In this document: positions 54,585-64,000 of the stretch, one piece after another
Numbering within the stretch: position 1 is the first letter of the stretch
Layout of the letters: each line of letters starts with the position of its first letter
Assembly: GCA_000004695.1 (NCBI GenBank)
Contig: CM000151.3
Location: 3,744,001 to 3,808,000, forward strand
DNA from: Dictyostelium discoideum
Taxonomy: Eukaryota
Direction: 5' to 3'
Length of the DNA: 64,000 bases
Made by a program: the position numbers and the translations under genes
Notes under the pieces: model-generated
Told to the model about the DNA's origin: nothing
Databases searched by the model: none
What the model saw: only the letters and a program-made list of their open reading frames with translations

Positions 54585-55718
54585 CCAATTAAAAAAATTA
54601 AAAAAAAAAAAATTTTAATTAAATAGAATACAACAGAATAAGTATTAAAGTATTGAAATCCAATTGTTTTTATTATAAATTTAGAAAACAGTAATATATT
54701 CCTGTGTTAATGTGTGGTTTGTGTGTTGATTTATTCCATTTTTAAGCTTTAAAAATGCAGTGGAATATATATAATTTTTTTTTTTTTTTTTTGGACAAAA
54801 AAAAGGGGGGTTGCCATATTTATTTAAAAAAAAGCAATAACAATAATAAAAAGATAATATTGACAAAATTTAAAATACTTCCTAGAAAATATAAATATTA
54901 ATAAAATATTATAATAAATTATAAAAATTAATATAATAATCAATAACCCACTTATTTTACATAAAAATCCAAACTCCAAACAAACATTGTGGTAGTATAA
55001 AATTGTATTTAAAAAAGAAGAGTTTTAATTGAATAAAAAAAAACACCCATTAAAGAAAAATAAATTAAAAAAATAATTTTATTTTCTACCCACTGTGTGG
55101 TTATTATAATAAATCTTGTTAAAAATAAAAATTGTAGAGATATCAAAGGTATAAATATTTAACAATACTATTATGTACTCTTTCTAAATATTATTTTTGA
55201 CATTACGATTTAAAAAAAAAGAAGAAAAAAAAAATTAAAAAATTAAAAAATCTTTTTTATATTTTTTTATGAAAATCTATTTATTATTTTATTTATCTTT
55301 TTATTTTTTAAACTGAAAAAAAATAACCAGAAAACAGTAAAAAAAAAAAAAAAAAAATGAAATTTTAAAAAAAAAAGACAATAGATGAGAAATTGACCGG
55401 CAAACTTTTAAATTTATTTTGATTTTATTTAGTTATATGGAAATTTGTTTTTATATTATTTTTTATTTTTTTTTATTCATTTTTTAATTCAGTTTTATTG
55501 GAAATTAAAAATATCTTAATTATTTTTTTTTAATTTTTTTTATAATTTTTTTTTTTGCCGATTACATGGAGTTTGTCGTTTCCCAAAGATATTTTTTAAA
55601 TAATGGAGTTTTTTTTTTTTTTTTTTTGAAAAAATATATTTTAAAATAATTAATTTAGTTATGTTTTTTTTTTTTTTTTTTTGATGGTATTAAAAAATAA
55701 AAATTAAAATAAATAAAT

Positions 55719-56146
55719 ATGAATCTGAAATTTTATAACTTAATTTTTTTTATTTCATTTTTAATATGTTGTATACATGGGCAAAGGTACTTACCTGTTG
55801 AAGGAGGAAAATGTGAAAAATATATAGGAGATGGGGATAGTGGAAAAAGGATTTGTAATGGATACTTGGCTAACCCTGGTAAATATTGCTTTTAAAAATT
55901 ATTTATTATAAACATAAACTAACTATTTTTTTAAAAAAATAAAAAATAAAAAATAAATAAATAAAAATAATAATAATAAATAATAAATAAATAATAAATA
56001 ATAAATAAATAATAAATAAATAATAAATAATAAATAAATAATAAATAATAAATAATAATAAATTATAATAAATAATAAAAAAAATATTGAGTCTAATTTT
56101 TTTTTTTTTTTATAATAAATAATAAATAATAAATAATAAATAATAA

Positions 56147-56193
<47 letters not shown>

Positions 56194-57901
56194 AGATTCA
56201 GTATATGTACATAATAAAACCCAACAAGAAACACTAAAAGATTTAAGAAGTTTAATTAATCTTTTAGAATTAAATAATCCTAGTAAAGAATGCATAAATC
56301 CAAGTAATTATAAGATTATGTGTGCAATGATGTTTCCAGAGTGTATTGAAATAAATGGAACAAATATAGTGAAACCTATCACATTACCAATTTATACATG
56401 TAATAGTTTTTGTAAAGAAGCATTAGTTACATGCTCAGTTCCTAATACAATAGCATCATGTGATGGTGGGACAAATCTACCAATTCAACTTCCATATACA
56501 CCAATTGAATGGGTTAAATATAATCTAACTATTTATGGAGGCGTTGATGATTATAGAGTAAATTGCACAGATCCAACACTAATAAGCGACAGTGGTAGTA
56601 GTAGTGAAATAGAAGTTGGTTGTGTTGAACCCTTAATTAAAAGACCGACCAACGATACCAAAGGTGATTTGGAGAAAGGCTATTTCTATGTTAATAGTCA
56701 ATGTGTAATAAATTGTCCAGTAACGGGAATGCATCCAAAATCAGTTTGGAATCAAATTTTCAAGATTAATGATGTATTATCGAGTATATCATTAGCATGT
56801 ACATTGATTCTATTATTTACATTTGGAATATTAAATCCAAAATTAAATAGATTTGATAAAAAGAATTTATTTTTCATTGCCGGTGTATTTGGAATGTCAG
56901 TTTCAGGTGTATTAATAGCAGCCAATGGTTCAGAGAAAACTGTATGTCCAACACCTGAAAGATATGCTGTTAATACCGATAGAGTATGTGTTGCATCTGG
57001 ATTTTTAGTACATTTCTCCGCTTTATTTGCAATTCTATGGTGGACTATTGGTTTAGCAGATGTTTATTATGGAATTAAATTTGTTGGAAAAAAGATTAAA
57101 ATTAAGGTTCGTTACTATCTTTTGGCAACATTAACTATATCATTGGCATTTACATTGGTTCCATTAGGTACTGGCCAATATCAAGCTGGTCTTTCAAATG
57201 TTATGTGTTTCCTAAAGGATGAAATTTATCAATCAATGACATTTTTTGTACCACTTGGTATTTGTTTAACCATGGGTACAATATTAATGATATTAGTAAT
57301 GAGAGAGATTTATGTAATTGTAAAATCAAATTCAACTTCTTCCTCCTTTTCCTCCTCCTCCTCCAAATCCAAATCCAAATCCAAATCTTCAGATTCAATA
57401 TCATATCTTAAACTTCAAGTTAAACCAATGTTAAATATTATATTATTTTATTTTACATTTCTTTATCTTTTCCTATTTGTTCGTGTTATCAATAGTAGAT
57501 ATCAAGAATATGAAGATTCAGCAATTCCCTATATGCTTTGTTTAGCAAAAGGCGGTGGTGACTCTTGTCGATTAAAAGGTCCATCTGCTGGTTCATTAGG
57601 TTATTTCGCATATTGTTTACGTATCTATGGTATTTATCTTTTCATAATTTCTTTCTTATCATCTCGTACCATAAAGATTTGGAAAGAATCAATCATTTTA
57701 AATAATGCTTTTGTTACTCCAATCATTAAATTCATTGATTCTTCCTTCAGTAATAGATTCTCATCAAGTAAAAATACCTCTACTACTCAAAATTCAACTT
57801 TAAATAATACTGAAAGTGATACAAGTAAACGTGGTAATTCTTCTGCTGTTTCCATAAATTTAGAATCTAGAAATTATAATACTGATGATGATGATCTTTA
57901 A
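55719..57901 (+). CDS. frizzled/smoothened-like (Fsl family) 7-TM receptor with N-terminal cysteine-rich domain, 2 exons
   Basis: Exon 1 55719..55878 (signal peptide MNLKFYNLIFFISFLICCIHG; donor GTAAAT, phase 1) and exon 2 56196..57901. Frizzled-type CRD: CINPSNYKIMCAMMFPECIEINGTN...PIYTCNSFCKEALVTCS. Multiple hydrophobic TM segments follow, plus a KTxxxW-like ..TIKIWKES motif after the last TM. The intron carries (AAATAAT)n. Confidence 0.8.
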
Positions 57902-57962
57902 ATAAATAAATAAATAAAATAAATAAATAAATGTTGTAATAAAAAAATAAAAATTTTAAAAT

Positions 57963-59646
57963 TTATTTCAATGGTTTTAAACCTAATTTTGCTCTTAATT
58001 CATTCATTTGTTCAATTTCTGTTTTTTCATTGGGTACATTATTATCATTGGCTGTTGTAGTTTGTTGTTTTTCATACTTTGAGATATCTTTTTTCTTTTT
58101 TACACTTGTTGAAATTGATCCTTCTTCATTGTCTGATGTTGATGGTGACGATAGTTTTTTATCATTTTGAGAAGAAATATCACTATAATCTCTTTTATAT
58201 CCATTTCTATCCCTAATTGATTTATTTCTATTGTTGAAATCATCTTCATTATCATATCTATCTTTACTTTTATATCTATCATATTCATCTCTATAATTTC
58301 TATCTCTTTCACCTTCTCTTTCCCTATCTCTTTCTCTATCCCTGTTTCTATACCTATCCCTATCCCTATAGCTATCGCTATCTCTATATCGGTCATCTCT
58401 ATCCATTCTGTAGTATTCATCCCTTTTAGGTTCTCTATCTATGTCTCTATATCTATCTCTATCCCTATCTCGATTGGAGTCTTTATGATATTTTGTGGAT
58501 CTATCTCTATCATTGTCATCATATTTGTAATTATCTCTATCTCTGTAACTATCTCTATCTCTATCTCTGTACTTATCTCTATCTATGTATCTTTCCTTTT
58601 CCCCATCTTTATTATCTTTTTCTTTATATCTTTTATTTTCATTTTCGTTTTCATTTTCTTTATGTTTTTCTTTATGTTTTTCTTTATGTTTTTCATTTTC
58701 ATTTTCATTTTCAATGGTGGTGGTGGTGGTGGTGGTGGTGATGGATGATGATGACGATGATGTTGTTGTCGATTTTGATTTTAATTTTAAAATTTTATCA
58801 TATTCCTCCTTTTCAATTTGTTTTAAATCTAATAAACCCAAAGCCAATAGAGGTGATTCTCTTTCTTTGAGTAAAGATTGTTGAATTAAATTTGCTCTTG
58901 AAGGTATATGAGGTAATGCAATATCACAAGAGTAATTAGTAGTAAGTAACTCCTCAATGAATTGATCGACGAAAACCTTTGTTGAACCCATATCAGTTTT
59001 TCTTCTTAATGCTCTAAAATCTTTATATAATGGATCCAATTGATTATAGATATCCACTGGTTTGCCAACCAATCTTAAATAGATTGCCCCTAAAATTCTA
59101 ACATATTTAAAATCTTCATTCTCTATAAACTCTTTAATTATATCCATCTCTGGTTGAATTTGTAACATCTTTAATAATAAACATAAAAAATGTGTTGGTT
59201 GTTTGTTACCTCCAAAACAACCACCATATGATTCTAATGCCATAGCTCTATCTACTAAACTTTCCTCTTTTTTTTTTTAAAAGAAAAATAAATTCTAATT
59301 AATAAAATAAAAAATAAAGAAAATAAAAAATAAAGAAAATAAAAAATAAAAGAATAAAAGAATAAAAAAATAAAATAAAAATAGTTACTTACCATTTAAA
59401 CCAATACATTTTTCTTTCCAATAAGGATGACTTTGAATTTTTATACGTGTAATTTTTTCAATTAAATTTCTTGGATTAACACCATGAATTGATTTTATTT
59501 TTAATTTTCTTTTTTCATTGTTTATATTAGATGATGATATGTCACTTTGGTCTGTATCATTCTCTGATACCTCTGAATCATTATCATTTTCACTTTCATC
59601 TTCACTATCTATATTATTATTGATATCCTCACTCATTCCACTTGAT
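57963..59646 (-). CDS. prp38: pre-mRNA-splicing factor 38 (PRP38 family), 2 exons, with RD/RDRY-rich C-terminus
   Basis: Exon 1 59395..59646 (MSEDINN...KSIHGVNPRNLIEKITRIKIQSHPYWKEKCIGLN; donor GTAAGT, phase 1) and exon 2 57963..59266 (..ESLVDRAMALESYGGCFGGNKQPTHFLCLLLKMLQIQPEMDIIKEFIENEDFKYVRILGAIYLRL...). These align block-for-block with human PRPF38A (..VHGTNPQYLVEKIIRTRIYESKYWKEECFGLTAELVVDKAMELRFVGGVYGGNIKPTPFLCLTLKMLQIQPE..). The start could instead be the upstream ATG at 59690, which is preceded by a poly-A-derived Lys run. Confidence 0.85.
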
Positions 59647-59690
59647 TTTTTTTTTTTTTTTTTTTTTTTTTCTAAAACAATAAATTCCAC

Positions 59691-59734
<44 letters not shown>

Positions 59735-59760
59735 AAAATTTTTTAAAGTAAGAGATTTGC

Positions 59761-59796
<36 letters not shown>

Positions 59797-60180
59797 CTGT
59801 TTTGGGATGAAAAAAAAAAAAAAAAAAAATAAAATAAAATAGAATGGGTGAGGGATAAACAATTAAAAATTGTGTAGATAAAAAAAAATTATGGCAGTGG
59901 AATATTTGTTTAGGAATTTATCGATTAATTTTTTTTATTTATATAATTGAAGATGATAATTTTTTTTTTATTTTTTTTTTATTTATTTTTTATTTTATGT
60001 TTTATTTTTTCAAATAATGATATTAATTGATTTTCATTCATTTGAATGGATTTTATATTTTCAATTATCAAATAAATCTGAGGAAATAATTAAAAAAAAA
60101 AAAAAAAAAAAAAAAAATCCAATAGAAAATAAAAAAAAAAAATAAAAAAAATTTTTATTGCCGTTAAAGTTTGGGTTGCC

Positions 60181-60252
<72 letters not shown>

Positions 60253-60520
60253 TTTTTTTTTTTCCAAAACATACACACATAAAATTTATACATATAATTT
60301 TTTTTTTTTTTTTTTTTTTAATTCAAACTCTTGCACATATTAAGAAAGTTGTACATATAAAGTGATAGTTAGTAGAATAGTAATAGTAACAGTGTAAAAG
60401 CTTTTTTTAAAAGAAAAAAAAAAAATAATAAAAATAATAAATTTAAAACTTGTTTAAATAAAACTACAAGAAAAAATAAAACAAAACACCTGTATAATAT
60501 AAAGTAAAAAGAAAAAAAAA

Positions 60521-60594
60521 ATGTCAGAACCAGAATTAAAGGTAAGTTAAACTCTTTATTTTCATCAAATAACTATTAGATTATCTAATACAAT

Positions 60595-60636
<42 letters not shown>

Positions 60637-60942
60637 AATATCTTTTTTTTTTCTATTTTTATTTTTTTTTATTTTTATTTTTATTATTATTATTATTATT
60701 ACTATTATTAATTAAATTCTTTAGGTTTCAGTATCACAATTAGCACCAAGTGACAGAGAAGGTTGGTTAACAAAACAAGGTGGTTCAATTAGAACATGGA
60801 GAAGAAGATGGTTCGTTTTAAAAGGAAAAAAATTGTTTTATTTCAAGAGTAAAGGTGTAAGTTTTTTTTTTTTATTATTTTTTTTATAACACAACAAATT
60901 TAAAATGGATCACGATAAGAAATTTTTATTTGAATTTCCAAA

Positions 60943-60977
<35 letters not shown>

Positions 60978-60982
60978 AAAAC

Positions 60983-61024
<42 letters not shown>

Positions 61025-61526
61025 AAAACCAAAAAAAAAAAAAATCAAAAAACCAAAAAAAAAAAAAAAAAAAAAAAAACCAAAAAATGAAACTAATCGA
61101 AAATGTATATTATTATAGGATATTGAAGCAACAGGTTTAATTGAATTAGAACAAAATTCATTTGTAAAGGAAGAAAAAGATAAAGATAAGAAAAAGAAAT
61201 ACATGTTCACAGTTGGAACATCAAAGAGAGTATTTTACATATTTGCAGAGACTGAAACTGATATGAAACAATGGATGGAGTCAATTAAACGTAATTTAGA
61301 TGGCGAAGGTGGCATGAAGAGTGGAGGTAACGATATTGTTTCTTCACCAAAAATCAACAGCGAACCAACACCAAAAGTAAACCAAAATGGATCAGCACCT
61401 GAAAAATCATCATTATCATCACCAAGATCAAAGATATCAAATGCCAAATCAATCATTCCATTCTTAAGAGAAGTAAGTACTATATATATCATAATTTTTA
61501 AAGAGTTTCAAATCATTTAACCAATA

Positions 61527-61602
<76 letters not shown>

Positions 61603-62675
61603 GTTATTATTTTTATTATTAGGAGGAGAGTAAAGTACTTGAATTTTGGCAAATTTGGTCAGAATCAATTCCACCACAATCAGATTTACAAAGTGGAACA
61701 GCTATTGAATTCCATGTAGCAACATCAATAGATATGCAAAAGTTAACATGGAGAACTGCAGGTCCACAAAATATTTTCATTCAAAAGATGGTAGATTTCT
61801 TCTGGAATGTAGGTGCGCCAGAAAGTGAAATCGATAGATTAAATGATGTAGGTGCAATCATTAACCCTGTAAAGATTGGTTCTTGGATTGATATGTCTGA
61901 TAAAGGTGGTATGGATGGTGGTTGGTATTTCCCTGTTGATATTCCATTAAAATTAGCTATTGAAGCTTCTGATGCTGGCGAACCAACTCGTAAAGTAATT
62001 ATTGGTTTTTATAAGTCTTTTTAAAACTTTTTTTTTTTTTAAAAAAAAATATTAATATCCATATGTTTTTTTTTTTATAATAGTTATCAGAATGGGCAGA
62101 ATCAAATGAAGTTGTAAATTGTTATTCAATTGGTCGTGATATGGTAAATATTGATTTTTAAAAAAAATATATGTATTTATAAAAATAAAAAAAGTGCTAA
62201 TTGTTTTTAATTTTTTTTTTTTTTTTTAAAAAATAAGGGTGCTGCACCACCAAGACAAACTGAAACTAGATTTAAATTACCAGGTCCAGATTTTATAGCA
62301 CAATTAAATTTGGCAGTTGATGCATTCAAAACCTTTGAATTCCCACCAATTCCATCAAATGCATTGGAAATTTTATATCAAAGTTCAAATACTTTAGAGG
62401 CTGGTGGTTTATGTCTCAGTGTAATTACATCAAGTGAAGGTTTCGTTAGATTAGGTCTTTTAATTCCAAAACCAACTCGTGATGTTGTTGGTCAACTTTG
62501 TGAAATTGGTCAAGCTAACAGAGAAAGAATCTCCAAATTTGAAACAGCATTGGGTGGTTGTGGTCCAGCATTTGTTGAATTCCAATATTTACAAAAAGGT
62601 TTTGGTTATACAGTCTATAAGGAAGGTTTCGATATTGTTTTCCATTATATGGTTGGTGAGGATCAATCCGAATAA
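60521..62675 (+). CDS. PH domain-containing protein, 6 exons
   Basis: Exons 60521..60541, 60725..60856, 61119..61472, 61623..61994, 62084..62143 and 62238..62675, all phase 0, with donors GTAAGT x3, GTAATT and GTAAAT. Split PH domain: ..DREGWLTKQGGSIRTWRRRWFVLKGKKLFYFKSKG|DIEATGLIEL...YMFTVGTSKRVFYIFAETETDMKQWMESIKRNL. The C-terminal ~350 aa globular region is unassigned. Confidence 0.75.
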
Positions 62676-62837
62676 AGGTTTCATCTTTGTCAATTTTCCT
62701 TTTTGATGTTTACAATTATCCCTTTTTGACAAATATAAATATTCCCGCTTTCATCAATGTTTAATAGTAATCATCTCGATATTTCAAGATCTTTTCAAAA
62801 TTTTGGATTGATTTAAAAAAAAAAAAAAAAAAAAATG

Positions 62838-62871
<34 letters not shown>

Positions 62872-63702
62872 AAAATTAAATTATAAATAAAATAAATAAA
62901 TCTGTATTGTAATACGTTTTTTTAAAACCATTGTTTTATGGTTGTATTATTTGTTTATTTTTTATTTATTTCTTTTTTCGATCTTAAAAAAAAAAAAAAA
63001 ATCCAGATTTCATTTCTAAATAAAAAAAAAAAAAAAAAATTAATAAATTTCAGGAAATAAAATGATTGTTCGCAATGAGGATATTTAATAAAAATTCCCC
63101 ATCAATTTATTTGATGTTTAAAGAAAAATCTTTTAATAAATAAAATTTTTTTTTTTTTTTTATTTAATTTTATTTTATTTTATTTTGTATTTTTAGAAAA
63201 AGTGAAAGAGTTTTAACAATGCCGAGAAAATTTCAAATATCATTCGGTAAATTGTATCTTGTTAAATTAATAATAAAATTAAATTAATTTTAATTTTTTT
63301 TTTTTTTTTTATGAAAAACTAAAACAATGAGCAATAGTTTTTTTTTTTTTTTTTTTTAAAATAATAGAAAATTAAAACAATGCACAATAGTTTTTTTTTT
63401 TTTTTTTTTTTTTGATTGCCCATTAAAAGATTTTTTATTTTCAATATAAAAACAAGTAAAAAAAAAAAATTTTTTAAAAAAATCTATACCCAAAGGGTTT
63501 CTAAATGGTCATGATGATTTCAAAAAAAAAAAAAAAAAAAAAAGATATTTTCATTGATTTTTTTTTATTTTATTTTTATTTTTTTATTTTTTTTTTTAAT
63601 AATTATTTTTTTTTTTAAAAAAAAGTTTAAAAAAGTTTTTTTTTTTTTTTTTTATTCACTTTTCTAAAATCCAGAATTGGTAGATATATATATATAATAA
63701 AA

Positions 63703-64000
63703 ATGAATAAATTATTTTCATTAATTTTAGCTTTATTCCTTGTCAACTCCGCTGTTGTCTCTTCACTCGACTCATGTAGTATTTGTGTTGATTTTGTTGG
63801 TAACTCACTCAATGATCTTTTAAATATTATCCTTAGTAAGTAAATTATTATTTTTTTATTTTTTATTTTTTTGTTTTAAATATTTACCAATTTTATTTTT
63901 TTATTTTTTATTTTATAAAAAGACTCTGGTGTTATTGGTACCTGTGGTGATCTTTGCTCAGCTGTTCCAGGTGGTCAAATTGTTGATACCGTTTGCGACT
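63703..64000 (+). CDS. saposin B-type (amoebapore-like) secreted protein, 3' partial, 2 exons
   Basis: Exon 1 63703..63835 (signal peptide MNKLFSLILALFLVNSAVVSS then LDSCSICVDFVGNSLNDLLNIIL; donor GTAAGT, phase 1) and exon 2 63923..window end (..SGVIGTCGDLCSAVPGGQIVDTVCD). The cysteine spacing is saposin-like. Confidence 0.6.

Noticed and set aside
58100-58884. ORFs 58100..58420 (-), 58485..58748 (+), 58493..58741 (+) and 58585..58884 (+)
   Set aside because: Antisense or alternate-frame readings of the RD-repeat coding region of the PRP38 gene.
60061-61210. Several 60-70-aa poly-K/poly-F ORFs (60061..60276, 60158..60365, 60905..61118, 61022..61210)
   Set aside because: These are translations of long poly-A/poly-T runs in the promoter and introns of the PH-domain gene.

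Overview
This window is AT-rich eukaryotic nuclear DNA with poly-Q/poly-N coding tracts, short AT-rich GT..AG introns and long homopolymer runs; it reads like Dictyostelium discoideum. I reconstructed about 30 protein-coding genes, many by hand-splicing exons. Named products include a Dicer-like RNase III protein (open to the window start), deoxyhypusine hydroxylase, a glutathione S-transferase, a Zn alcohol dehydrogenase and proteasomal Rpn13/ADRM1. Further ones are an alpha/beta hydrolase, class I aldolase, a universal stress protein, a large GT4 glycosyltransferase, a sulfotransferase-domain protein, mitochondrial PheRS, CWF19L2, a CUE protein, a DUF155/RMD1-like protein, a frizzled/smoothened-like receptor, PRP38, a PH-domain protein and a saposin-like secreted protein (3' partial). 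Between 21.2 and 33 kb lies a repeat island containing a 100-N assembly gap. It holds tandem hssA/2C/7E-like minigenes, an unclassified ~0.9-kb-periodic complex repeat, four copies of a ~200-300 bp terminal-type repeat in mixed orientation, a 13-bp satellite, a decayed DIRS-like retroelement pol/recombinase fragment, and a frameshifted gene that looks like a T4-type phage terminase large subunit. That last item is the most unexpected object in the window. The second notable inference is that the GT4 glycosyltransferase ORF can splice in frame into the downstream sulfotransferase ORF, which has no start codon of its own. All similarity statements rest on motifs recalled from memory, not on searches.
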